Positions 34,695-53,948 of a DNA stretch of 64,000 nt are shown here, piece by piece (the stretch's first letter is position 1; every line of letters starts with the position of its first letter). Position numbers and translations under genes: made by a program. Source of the DNA: the human T2T-CHM13v2.0 reference genome, Homo sapiens; assembly GCF_009914755.1 (NCBI RefSeq), contig NC_060946.1, one strand, 5' to 3'. Below the pieces are notes generated by a model. It saw only the letters and a program-made list of their open reading frames with translations, was not told the DNA's origin and did not search any database.

Positions 34695-35600
34695 CCACTG
34701 GCAGTGCAGCCCCTGATAATGCCCCATAACTCATCCCCATCTAGGATACTGCAGCACCCGATGGTGCCCACAACCTGCCCCCTGCCATTGGCAGTGCAGC
34801 CCAGGTTAATGCCCCCAAACTGCTCCCTGATGTTGGCAGTGCAGCCACGGAAAGTGCCCCCAACCAGCCTCCCGCCATGGGAAGTGACTCCCGGGATAGC
34901 GCCCCCAAGCAGACCCTAGCCTTGGGCAGTGACGCCCGGGTAGGTCGCCCAACCGCCACCCACCCCGTTGCCGAGAGTGCAGCACCAGATAGCGACCCTA
35001 ACATGCCCCCCATCACTGGCGGTGTAGCCCAGGATAGCGCCGCCAACCCCTCACTTGACGCGACAGTGTAGCCCCTGATAGTGCACCCAATCTGCCACCC
35101 ACTGCCGGCACTGCAACCCCGGATAGTGCACCCGACACACTCCCTGCTGGGCAGTGCAGCCCCCCAATAGCACCCAACCCGTCCCTCCACCCCTGCCACT
35201 GGCAGTCCACTCCCGATAATGCCCCCAACACGTTCCTGGCTGTGGGCAGTGTAGTCCATAGATAGCGCCCCAAACCAGCCCCCAGCCATGGGCAGTGACA
35301 CCTCAGATATCACACCCAAGGAGTTCCCCACCATGGGCACTGATGTCCCAGACAGCACCCCAACTCGAGCCTCGTGTGACCAATGCAGCCACAGATAGGC
35401 CCCCAACAAGCCCCCACCCCACCACTGCTGCAGGAAATGATGCCTGGGATAACACCCAACCATTCCCCACCGTGGGCAGTGCAACACCCAGTACTGCCCC
35501 TAACACACCCCCCACACAAGATGGCGCCCCCAATCCCCCCCTCACCTTGGGCAGTGTAGTTCACGATAGTGCATCCAACCCTTGGCCCCTGAGCTCACTG
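34695..35600 (-). repeat. Degenerate ~45-bp tandem array (~20 units), C-rich on +
   Basis: Recurrent ggcagtgcagcccc.gatagcgcccccaacc at ~45-bp spacing. Confidence 0.9.
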
Positions 35601-35819
35601 CCCCTCTCCCCCCGCCACAAGTCCCTGGATAGCTCACCTACTCTGCCACCTTTCTACCACTTTGGCTGTGCTGTACTCTACCTCACTGCCACCAGCCACA
35701 GTGAGGCGAGCCATGCTGCTGCAGGCTCAAGCCTCCAGCATGCCACCGGTGACAACTCCTTCTCTAATCTGGGGTCGGAACAGATGGGCGGGCAGACGTA
35801 GAAGAACCTGGAATGGCAA

Positions 35820-36070
35820 GACTCTCGCTTACAAAGGTTATGCAAATTAGGTTCCTGGACTACATGTTCTGATTGGATGAGAGAAAAATCTCTAGGTCTA
35901 CTATGATTGGGCTTTATTTTCGTGTTGTGACTGGATGAGAGGAAGTCTTAGGATAACCAATCAGAACATGATAACAAAGTCCAATCAGACTAGGCCTAGA
36001 GGTTTCTCTTGTCCAATCAGAACATGTAGTCCAGGAACTTCATTTGCATCAACTCCACATATAAAGGATG
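35820..36070. promoter_or_regulatory. Symmetric (bidirectional-type) Pol II promoter cassette: octamer + NF-Y CCAAT boxes + TATA
   Basis: ATGCAAAT 35840-35847; ATTGG 35872 and 35906 (third copy degenerate at 35930); CCAATCAG 35957, 35981, 36013; ATTTGCAT 36042-36049; TATAAA 36060-36065. Confidence 0.75.
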
Positions 36071-36289
36071 CCAAGTGAGGCGGCTCCTCATTCTAGGCTC
36101 TTCAGTGTCCACTGGTGTAGCTGCTCCATTCCAGGCTTACAGGAGAAGGAGGAGGAGGCACTTGCCACGCACGCTGGAGACTCGAGCCTGCCTTGGCTCC
36201 CCTTGCTGCTGTGGTTGGTGGTGGCAAGGAAGACGACAGTGCAGCCAGGGTGGTAAAAAGGTGGTGGGATAGGTTCGTTATCCCAGGAG

Positions 36290-37480
36290 GTACTGCCTGA
36301 GGCATGGGGGGTGGGTTGGGGTCCCTATCCAGGGCGTCACTGCCCGTGTTGAGGGGCTGGTTGGGTGTGCTATCTGGGGCATCACTGCCTGTGGAGGGGA
36401 GTGGGTTGGGGCCCTATCTGGGGTGTGCTGCCCGTGGCTGGGGGTGGGTTGGGGCACTATCCCAATCTGTACTGCTAGCGGCAGTGGGTGGTTTTGGGGG
36501 GCACTATCTGGGGATGCACTGCCTGCGGCCAGGGGGTGAGTTGGGAGAACTATCGGGTGCTGCAATGCCCTTGTTGGGCACAGGTTGGGGGCGCTATTGG
36601 GTGCTACTCTGCCTGTGGTGGGTGGGACATGTGATATCTGGGGCATCATTGCCTGCGTCTGGGAGCTGGTTGGGGGCACTATCCATGGCTGCACAGCCTA
36701 CAGCAGGGAGTGGGTTGAGCGCACAATCTGGGGCTGCAATGTTGGTGGTGGGGGACGGGTTAGGGTCACTATAGGGTGCTACACTATTGGCGGCAGGGAG
36801 GGGGGTGTTGAGGTTGCTATCGGGGGCTACACTGAGGCAGAAGTAGCGGGGTTTATTGGGAGTGCTACCAGGGACCAGAATGCCCGTGGAGAGGGGGTGG
36901 GGGGTTGGTTGGGGGTGCTACTGAGGATACACTGCCCATGGTGGGTGGAGGGGGGTGGGCTGGGTGCTATCAGAGATCTGTACTGCCTGTCAGGGAGCCA
37001 GTGAGTATGCTATCTGGGGCCACGTTGGCTCAGGGGGCGGGGGCAGGTTGGGTGCACTATTGGGGACTACACTGCCAGCGGCAGGGCGTGGGTTGGGTGC
37101 GTTATCCATGGCTGCACTGCCAGAGGCAGGGAGTGCATGGGGGGCGCTATCCTGGGCTGCTACTCCCGGTGGGAGCAGATTGGAGCGCTATCTGGGGTTG
37201 CACTGCTTGCAGTGGGGGGTAGTTTGGGTGCCATATTGGGGCGTCACTGCCAGTGGCGGTGGTCTGGTTGGGGCCGCTATTCATGGCTACACCGTCTATG
37301 GCATGGAGCGGATTGAGGTTGCTACCCTGGGCTGCAGTGCCTGTGGCTGGGGGCAAGTTGCAGGTGCCAGCAGGTGCTTCAGTGTCCGAGGCAGGGGCAG
37401 ATTGGGGGCGCTATCAGGTGCTGGTGATGGGGGGCAGGGTGTTGGGGGCGCTATCGGGGGGCTGCACTGTCACCCTGGCA
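36290..37480 (+). repeat. Degenerate ~45-bp tandem array (~26 units), G-rich on +; mirror of 34695-35600
   Basis: Recurrent ggttgggggcgctatc.ggggctgcactgcc. Confidence 0.9.
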
Positions 37481-40389
37481 GCAGGCAGCAGAGGTGTCAG
37501 TGACAGCAGTGGTCAGAGGAGCAGTCCTCCTCTCCCTGACTCAGGCTCCAGAGGGCCATCTCCTCCTGCTCGAGTTTCTGGGGGAATCCTGAGCAGGGCC
37601 CAGCCCCCAGCCCCGAGATGGTTCCCAGGCCTGCGCCCTCTTGCTACGTGTTGCAGAGACCACCTGGGACCCCCGCACATAGAGTAGCGGATACCACGGG
37701 GTGACCAGGCCCTGTGGGTGGAGGCGTCAGGAATGGGAACCGGCACTTGGGTGGGGAGGGCTGGCTGGGGTTGAGTTTCTGCTGCTCCTGCTTCCCAGGA
37801 AATGCAGCCAGGGTGGGCCCAGCAGTTCCTATGGAGTAGGAAGCCTGGACGCTGTGGTGTCTCCAGTCCCCACCCCAGGGCCCAGTCACTGGCCAACTTG
37901 GGCCAAAAGGAGAGGCTGGACTTTAGAGGGTGGGTGTGAGTGTCTTCACTGAAACTGACACCTGCCACCCAGTGGCCAGCATGACAAGGTGAGGCTCTAA
38001 TGCTACCACTCTCTGCATCCCGTTCTAGGCTTTTCTGGCTTTGCCTGCCCAGTTGCTCCGCGCGAAGAGGAGGGACTACCTGCTGCTTGCTGGAGGCTAG
38101 AGCCTGCGACACTGTGGCTCGCCTCGCTGTGGTTGGTGGCAGCGATGGGGACTGCAGAGTGCCAAAGCGGTAGGAGAGCAGTGATGGAGACTGCAGAGCG
38201 ACAGAGCGGTAGGAGGGTGGCTGGCTGCTGTCAGGGCACAGGTAGGGCTGCAGTGGTGGCCAGGTGTTAGGAGCCTCATAGGATGGGCTGGTGCATTGAG
38301 GGTAACATCAGTGGTGGTTGTATTGGCATCAGCGCTAGTGGTGGCAGCAGCAGCAAGTCTGGGGCCCAGGAAGGCAGGTGGGAGCACTGTGGGACTGGCC
38401 CGCCTGTCCCAGCCTGGCCTGGGGTGGGTAGGAAGCTGTGGGCCTCTGTGGCAGGAATGGAGGCATAGCCAGGGGAAGGAGGAGTCTTCCCCACTTCTGC
38501 AGAATCTGGAGGGTGCTATCCTCCTGCGGGTGCCTGAGCCAGGCGTGAGTGGCACCATTGTGTCATTATTAACAAAGTTTGTGGAGGTGACTATTTGTGT
38601 ATCTTTTTGCTTGATTTTTGTTAGGGTAGTCTTGAACTTTTTAAAATTTCATGAATCAGGAAGGGGACAAGATGTGTAATAGGCCTCCTGATTCCTTTAT
38701 CTGTTCTTTTTCTTTTTTTCTTTCTGGTTTTTCTTCTGCTTATCATCATTTTCTTGTTCCTCTTCATTTTCTTATGCTGCTGCTTCTATTTCTTGTGTCT
38801 GTTCTTGTTTCTCCTCCTCCTCCTTTTGTTTTCTTTATCATAAGCAATGGCCTTAACAAACAACAATCCAAACCTGAGTTAAAAATAGAGTACTTGTCAG
38901 CATGTTGTATTCCCCTCCACCCCTGCCCCCCAGACAGAGTCTTGCTCTATTGCCCAGGCTGGAGTGCAGTGGCACGATCTCCACTTACTGCAACTGCTGT
39001 CTCCTGGGTTCAAGCGATTCTCCTGCCTCAGCCTCCTGAGAAGCTGGGATTACAAGTGCACACCACCATGCCTGGCTAATTTTTCTATTTTTAGTAGAGA
39101 CGGGATTTCACCACGTTGGCCAGGCTGGTCTCAAACTCCTGACCTCCCTCATGATCTGCCCATCTCAGCCTCTCAGAGTGCTGGGGTTACAGGGGTGAGG
39201 CACTTCACTGGCCCAGTGTATTGTATTTTAAAAATAATTGGTCCATTATTGTGATGAGGAAAAAAATTGTTGCATAATTATTTAGATACTTGAGTAGCTG
39301 TGCTTTCATGATCCTGTAAGTAGTTATTCAAGGAATGAAAAAATGAAGCATTGAATAAAATATTGGTAGCAAACAGCCAATTCATGTCTCTCACATATTA
39401 GTCTGGAGATAGTCAAGAGGCACAGGGGTAATAAGTTCCAATTTATGAGATTGTTAAGTGAACCACATTCCTTTCATTTTATTTCTCTGCCACCATTTTC
39501 AAGAGTATTGTCATTTGCATGAGCAAATTTGGTTCATCACCACATCTTTGCAACAGGAAAAGGAAGGGGAGGATCATGTGTATAATGTTTTTAGGCCAAG
39601 ATTCTCTACCACAAACAAGGCTTCACTAACTTTTGCCTTTAAGAGCCTGCAGTGTTGAGCCCTATTTTATTCCTAATAATATTATCTTTGGTATGAACTT
39701 TTTTTTTTAACTGATTACTCTAGAAATTTGTGCATTTTATTGACTACTTTAAAGAAACAATCTATATTGTATCATTTTTTTCAAGCCAACAGAAACGTAT
39801 GAGGTCTGTAAATTTTACACTTTTTAATTATTTTTGAGGTCATGAATATGTAAAATATTGTTGATATACGTAAAAATATGCATATGTACCACTATATAGC
39901 TTATTTTGAAGAGATGGTGTCTAAATTTTTGTCCAGAGTAGATTGGTTGCAGTTTCTTAGGTGTCTTTCTCAATATATTCCCTCAATGTTTTAAAGCATA
40001 TAGAAAAAATTTGAATACCATTAACCTCATATAGTCCTTTGTTTATAGGTTAATATTTCTACAGACTAAAGGCATCACAGCCTCCTTTAAGATTCAGTAA
40101 TATTAATAAAATTTGAGATATATAGGGGTAGAATCCAACAAATTCAGAGGAAAATTGTTAAATTATATAGCCGTAGATGAGGACATGAAACCCAGGTTCT
40201 GAGCTCTCAGAGGGCCATGAGCTACCATACCAAGTGCATCAGTGACTGGGCCTAGAGTTAGCAGAATTACAGGATGGTTGAGCAAGCTTTGGAGCCTAAC
40301 TCTATGCGAACATGAATTTTTAAGCTGTGTGGTACCTCAGTTTATCCATCTTTACAATGGGGACAGTACTAACTTTTTCTTTTTCTTTT

Positions 40390-42129
<1,740 letters not shown>

Positions 42130-42563
42130 CCACCACTCCCAGCCCTCCCCTCCTTCCTAGCCTCCACTGGGAGGCGCTCTCCTGGAGGAGCAGCTGCCCC
42201 TGGCCCCCACCACATTCAGCACAGAAGGCCAGGCCTGGGCTGCTGCTCTGCCCGCACCTAGCCAGGAAATGAGTTGGATAAACACAGGAGAATTGGCCGG
42301 GGTGGGGAGGGTGTTCTGAAAATCTGCCTTGGCTCTCTGGGTCTGTGGCCAGAAGCCACAGAAATGGAGACTCAGTTCCTTCAGCAATCTGTGTTCCTAC
42401 TGTGTGTCTGGCACAGAGCAAGGCCCTGGGGGTGGGGCCCTGGAGGTGTCCCGGAAAAAACGGAACACCTGTCCTCCAGGAACACCCTGTCCTCCAGGAG
42501 CTCACCCTACATCACAGAAGCCCATTTTTATGGAGGATTTACTATGCAGATTGTCTCCCTTAA

Positions 42564-46015
<3,452 letters not shown>

Positions 46016-46460
46016 CTAGTGGAAATGGATTGAGGGCCTGGAGCTTCACCTGGCAAGCCCCTCTTCTCCAGCCCCCATCCACTCCCAGTAGCCTCGAGGA
46101 GCTCTGCAGCAATCCCCGATCTCTGAGAAGCACAGCTGACAAGCATTGAAGTGAGCTGCTGTTGCTGGTAGACAGGCGCTGCTGTGTTAGGAAGCTGGGA
46201 ATGCTTTCTATGGCTAGGCACTTGGAGCTAGGTCTTTCTTGTTTTTCTAAATGGCAGGCACACTTGTTTTTTTTTCCAATTTGCAGAGGAGTCAGCAGGG
46301 TGAGTGCTTGGAGTTGGTCTCATTGCAGCTCCAGACCCTCCTCATTAGGTCATATTCCTTTCAGGATATTTGACCTCTGACCAGCCAGCATCAGTAGCCC
46401 ACTGCTCCCTGGCCTGTGAGCAGCACCTCCAGCCTCTGCCCCTGCCACCCTCTCAACCAG

Positions 46461-46651
46461 GTGGTGGCCAACGCAGTGGCAGCGCTCTCAGAAATCGCCG
46501 AGTCTCACCCGAGCAACAACCTGCTCCATCTGAACCCACAGTTCATCAACAAGCTGCTGACAGCCCTGATTGAGTGCACCGAGTGGGGCCAGATCTTCAT
46601 CCTGGACTGCCTCACCAACTATACGCCCAAGGACGACCGCGAGGCCCAGAG
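46461..46651 (+). pseudogene. AP1B1P1: Unprocessed AP1B1 (AP-1 beta-1 adaptin) exon copy, VVANAVAALSEIAESHPSNNLLHLNPQFINKLLTALIECTEWGQIFILDCLTNYTPKDDREAQ (residues ~176-239)
   Basis: 191-nt exon with ccag acceptor and AG|gtgagc donor; near-identical to AP1B1 as recalled; neighbouring exons absent. The P1 label is from recall. Confidence 0.88.
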
Positions 46652-47199
46652 GTGAGCGGGCTGCCCTTTGCTTGCCAGCCCAGCCTGAGGACCCTTGTCC
46701 TCAGGGGCTCCAACCAGGCACTGGGCCTCGGGCCTTAGTGGGCCCTTTCTAGTACCTTGCCCCATAACCCACCCTCAGACACACCTAAAGGGAGGCCTGC
46801 CTGCTTCCCACCTCTCCAGAGCCAGGTAGGCAGGAGAGTTGCCTTGGGCAGCTATGGGCATACGCATGGCCTGGCCTGGGAGCTAACAGAAGCCCAGGGC
46901 ACCTCTGTTGAGTTCAGTACGTGGGTGGTGCCAGAGCCACTGCTCATTGAATTCTCACTGGGTGTCTGGGGCTCTGCCGGGTGCTTTCCACACTTTAGTC
47001 TTTAATGCAACTTTCATCATCATCCCCCACTTTCCAGATGAGGGAGCTCCAGCTTAGAGAGGTGGAGGGAAATGTGCAGGTCCCCCAGCTAGGGCTCACC
47101 TGACTTATGGTCTTAACCAACAAGATACCCTCCAAGTCAGAGGAAGTGGGGAGTTGGCATCTATACAGGATGTACTACATGCCAGTACTGTGCTTGTTC

Positions 47200-49472
<2,273 letters not shown>

Positions 49473-51499
49473 TTCAAGGTCCGCCTTTCCCGTGTTCCTG
49501 CCTTCCCTCATCACCCCAGCCCACTACCCCAAACTGAAAGCATTTGCTCTCTGTTCCCATCACCCAGCACTAAATGGAGATTGTTCTCCTGTTATGTGTA
49601 CTTGCATTTACCTGCTCACCAGATTTTAAAATCTCAAAGGCAGAGACTGGATTTTACAACAGTTTAATATTTGCACAATATTTGAGAGTCTGCACAGAAC
49701 ATTTTGAGATTTGTTTTCTCAGTAGTTCCTTACAATTCCCATATTGTAGGTAATGACAGTTTTAATGCCACTGAAATAAAAACATAAAGTGACTGCCTAA
49801 GAGTCACATGGTTTATGGCAGAACTAGGACTCAAGCCCAGTTCTTCTGAAATCCAAATCCAGGCCACTTTCACCCATGCCCTCGTGGTGCCCAGCCCTGT
49901 GCCTCATAACCCGGGTGCTGAGGTGGAGCAGCTCCCATCCAGGTCCCAAGATAGGCTCCCACTGCTCCAGACGTCCCCATGGATTGCCCCCAGCAAAGGA
50001 CCTCCTGCCAGCAGCTCCGGGAAGGAGCTCTGCAGAGAGCCCTTTGGAAGCCAGAGCAGAAAGGGAGCAGGCACCTGCTGGACAACTGGGCCTCCATCCA
50101 AGTCAGATTCCTTCCAGGACAAAGCTGCTCTCCTTCACCCAGAACACCACTGTCACCTCCTCACAGAGGAGAAACATCTTTGTTCTTCCATCTCAAAAGA
50201 GCTGGCTTTGCTGATATGACAGGCCCCAAAGAGCAAGTCAGCCTCATCAGCAGTTTTTCCTCCTCCCTCCTCCGCATTCTTCCTGGTGCGTCATCTTCCA
50301 AGGTGACACATACATTGTGGCTTTGGCAGGACTCCTGCCTGTTGGGACTCAGGAAGTTCACTTTGTCCTCCTAAGTCTCTATGTTGACACGCCCTTGCCT
50401 GTAAACACAAGAATTGAGAGGGGATATGATGATTCCAGAGATAGGAAATTGATCTCTAACCAAATTTCACATCTTAAGAAGGCCTGTGACTCTGGGACCA
50501 CGGGTACCATGTTGAGAAGGGTTCCACCCAGTGGTCATGAGCACAGACCTTGTTCTCAGACCTGATTCCTCCAGGCAGGTTATTTGACATTTATGAACCT
50601 CAGTGTTCTCTGAAATGGGGATCATCCCCTGACTTCTGAGGGCAGTTAAATGAGATCAAGCATGTAAAGCTCTTAGCACCAAGCCTAGTGTATGGTGTGT
50701 GCTCCATGCATGCTGTGCTGGTTCTTACCGGGTGCCAGAGCTTGTGGAGAAAGCAGCGTGAGCCATCCTGCTTCCCTGCGACTCTCCAGAACCAGCAGCC
50801 TAATGTAAGGGGCCGCGTTAAGTATCAGAGAGGGAGAAAGGATCATTTTCATTTACTCAGCATCTCTCAGATATCAAGGACCAGATACCTAAGTATGTTG
50901 TCTCATTCAGTTATAAAGGCCCCGTGAAGTGAGTTTCGGTTGCACCTTTCTTTAGGACGGTCAGCTGGGTCTCTCTGCTAAACATCAAGCGCTGTGACAC
51001 AGGCTCATACAAAAACTACTCCCTAGGACCCCCTATGCCCCCCTCCCCAGCCCCCACCTGCAGCTGTGGTGCAGGAAAGCTGAACCCCTGACTCCGGTGG
51101 GCATTTGCTCAGCAGGGTGTCCACAACTCTGCCTGCGCTTCTGAAGCTGAGATGAGACAGTCAGCCCCATGCATACAATGACAGGATGTCTGGAAATGCA
51201 GAGGCCCAAGGAAATTCATGTCTGGATCAGGTTTTCCCTTTGATTGTGGCCCAGGAATGGGAATGAGCTCCTGGGAGGGCGTTTGCTTCCCTAAGGAGTG
51301 AAGTGGCATGGAAGGGGACAGGGATTCTCTACGTTATAGGGTTGTGGTAACCCTGATCTCTTGGTGACCACAAAGTAAGAGCAGGGAGGCATCCTCAGGT
51401 ATCCCCAATGCCCCAGAGTCTCAGCAGCCACGGGAAGGTCCAATCTGACCACAACCACAACTCCAGGGGTCTCACTTCCATCCTCTCTGGTGTTGCTTT

Positions 51500-51809
51500 A
51501 GCCTGTAGGCTGAAGATTAACCCCCACCCTAATCGCTTGTGCTATCTATAGATCACAGACAATGGTGTGGAGAAATACTTGCCTTGCTTACCCCCACCTA
51601 GTCATGTACCCCATGCTTGCTCAGTCTATCACGACCCTGTCACGTGGACCCCTTAGAGTTGTAAGCCCTTAAAAGGGCCAGGAACTCTTTCTTTGGGGAG
51701 CTCGGTTCTGTTCTTATGACGCAAGTCTGCTGACCTCCCGGCCTAATAAAGCCTCTTCCTTCTTTAACCCGGTGTCTGAGGAGTTTTGTCTGTGGCTCAT
51801 CCTGCTACA
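51500..51809 (+). mobile_element. LTR2-family (HERV-E/Harlequin) 5' LTR, probably 5'-truncated
   Basis: cccttaaaaggg TATA-like box, aataaa, and U5 end ...cctgctaca immediately before the primer-binding site; start approximate. Confidence 0.8.
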
Positions 51810-51814
51810 TTTCT

Positions 51815-51832
51815 TGGTTCCCTGACCGGGAA
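51815..51832 (+). other. Retroviral primer-binding site, tRNA-Glu
   Basis: TGGTTCCCTGACCGGGAA is complementary to the 3' 18 nt of tRNA-Glu. Confidence 0.9.
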
Positions 51833-53948
51833 GTGAAGCAGCCCCTTAGGTGGCTTAGGCTTGCCCTGTGGAGCATCCCTGCAGGGGACTCTGGCCAGCT
51901 TGAGCTACGTGGATCCTGAGCATGCTCCTGGGTAGGCATTTGCCCCGGTGGAATGCCTTGTCAGAGCAGTGCATGGCAGGCCCCAGCAGAGGATCAATGC
52001 AGTGGCTGAGCACCGGGAGGGAACTGGCGCTTGGAGTCCGTATATCTGGAACATGGTAGGACTGGTCTTGGGAACTTGCCCACTCCATTTGAGTGGAAGC
52101 ATGGCCTGATCACCCACAGAGTGCCTTTATCGGCACTTTGGTTTTGGTTTTGATTTTGACTTGGTTTGAATTCCTTGGCAAACGGGCGTGCCTTTGTCGG
52201 CACTTTGGTTTTGGTTTTGATTTTGACTTGGTTTGAATTACTTGACAAATGGGCGTGCCTTTATCGGCACTTTGGTTTTGGTTTCGATTTTGACTTGAAT
52301 TGCTTGACAGGACCTGTCTTGGGAACTTGTCCACTCCATTTGAGTGGAAGCATGGCCTGATCACCCACAGCGTGCCTTTATCAGCACTTTGGTTTTGGTT
52401 TTGGTTTTGGTTTTGACTTGGTTTAAATTGCTTGACGAACGGGCGTGTCCTTTATCTGCACTTTGGTTTTGGTTTTGATTCTGATTTGGTGTGAATTCCT
52501 TGAACCCATTAACCCACGGGTGGCCCGAATGCATTCAGTCTGTAGCGGCAACTGCTTTGCTGACAGAAGAAAGTAGAAAAATAACTTTTAGAGGAAACCT
52601 CATTGTGAGCACACCTCACCAGTTCAGAAGTATCCTAAGTTAAAAAAAAAAAAGCAAAAAGGTAGCTTAATAACTCAAAAATCTTAAAGTATGGGGCTAC
52701 TCCGTTAGAAAAAGATGATTTAACATAAACCCCTGAAAATTCCCTTAACCCAGAAGATTTCCTAACAGGGAATTTAAATCTTAATTACCATACAAAGATC
52801 CGACCAGACCTAGGAGGAACTACCTTCAGGACAGGATGATAGATAGTTCCTCCCAGGTGATTAAGGAGAAAAACCACAATGGGTATTTTGTAATTGAGGA
52901 AAACTCTTGTAGAAGTAGAGTTAGGAAAATTGCCTAATAATTGGTCTGCTCAACTTTGCCACCCAGCCAAGCCTTGAAGTACTTACAGAACCAGGAAAAA
53001 AAAAAGCCATCTATACCAATTCTAAGTTAATCTGGACTAAACAAAGTCTTATTAATAGCAAAGGATAATTGAAATCCCACACTTACAAGGTTTTCAACAA
53101 AAGTAAAGTTGTTTTGCTAAAAGTTAACAGTGTAACGTGTATGATAGTAACTTCTAATCTGTGGCCTTAGACAGTCTAGTCCACAGACCTGAAGGAAGTT
53201 TGCTTTGGAAAAGAATGGTTATCATCTTCGAAAAAAAGAAAAAAGAAAAAAAGTGGGGGTGCAGAATTTATATAAAAAGGAATGTTATATGGAAAATTCT
53301 TGTCCTGAAATAAATTAACTAGTTGTTTAAGGAAAGGGATGTTTCCAATAAGTCAGAAAGTTGAGACATGTCGAAGAATTGTCTGTGAAAATCATGAAAA
53401 AAAGTGTTAGAAAAAGAAATTTATGCAAGAAATGTTGTATAATTTAAATTAATTATCCTCCTGAATGTAAAACTGTTGAAGAAACAGTTTATGTGCAAGG
53501 TATATAAGGAAAGTAAAATATGCCTTTGGTAAAAGGATTATAAGGAAGCATAAGAATGTGGATTTTTACCTACATTAAAAGGTTACAAAAATTGTTTTGA
53601 AGGTTTAAGCAAGTTTTGAAACATTAATTGTAAAGAAAATTCTGTGTGTAAACATATTGGCTAAAGTTAAAGGGGTATCATCCAGTTTTTCTGTGAACTG
53701 GACATTAAAATAAAAACACAACAGATTTTTCTTAAAGCGCTAACCTGCTCTTTGACAAAAATTATAAAAGGTTAAAAAAGTCTATAAAAGGTCAGACATT
53801 AAAAATTGAATAAATATGTCTACAAAGTTTTATTAAAACTGTTTAACATTAATAACACTAATATAAAGGTGAAATCTAGCTTATGTGGTATAAACATACA
53901 GGAAGCATTGTCAAATATAAAATGGTGTTTGGCTTTCTTCGGTCTAAA

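Noticed and set aside
36066-36300. Histone H2A/H2B gene behind the H2B-like promoter
   Set aside because: No histone-like translation on either side and no histone 3' stem-loop seen.
34695-37480. CRISPR-like repeat-spacer array
   Set aside because: Degenerate eukaryotic minisatellite; the units are not identical repeats with unique spacers, and the context is human.
33571-38558. Long ORFs in the palindrome arms (195, 248, 199, 182 and 153 aa; two share MVPLTPGSG.RRR)
   Set aside because: GC-rich, low-complexity, overlapping in several frames. Mirror copies shift frame relative to each other, the shared pair points toward rather than away from the promoter, and no domain is recognisable.
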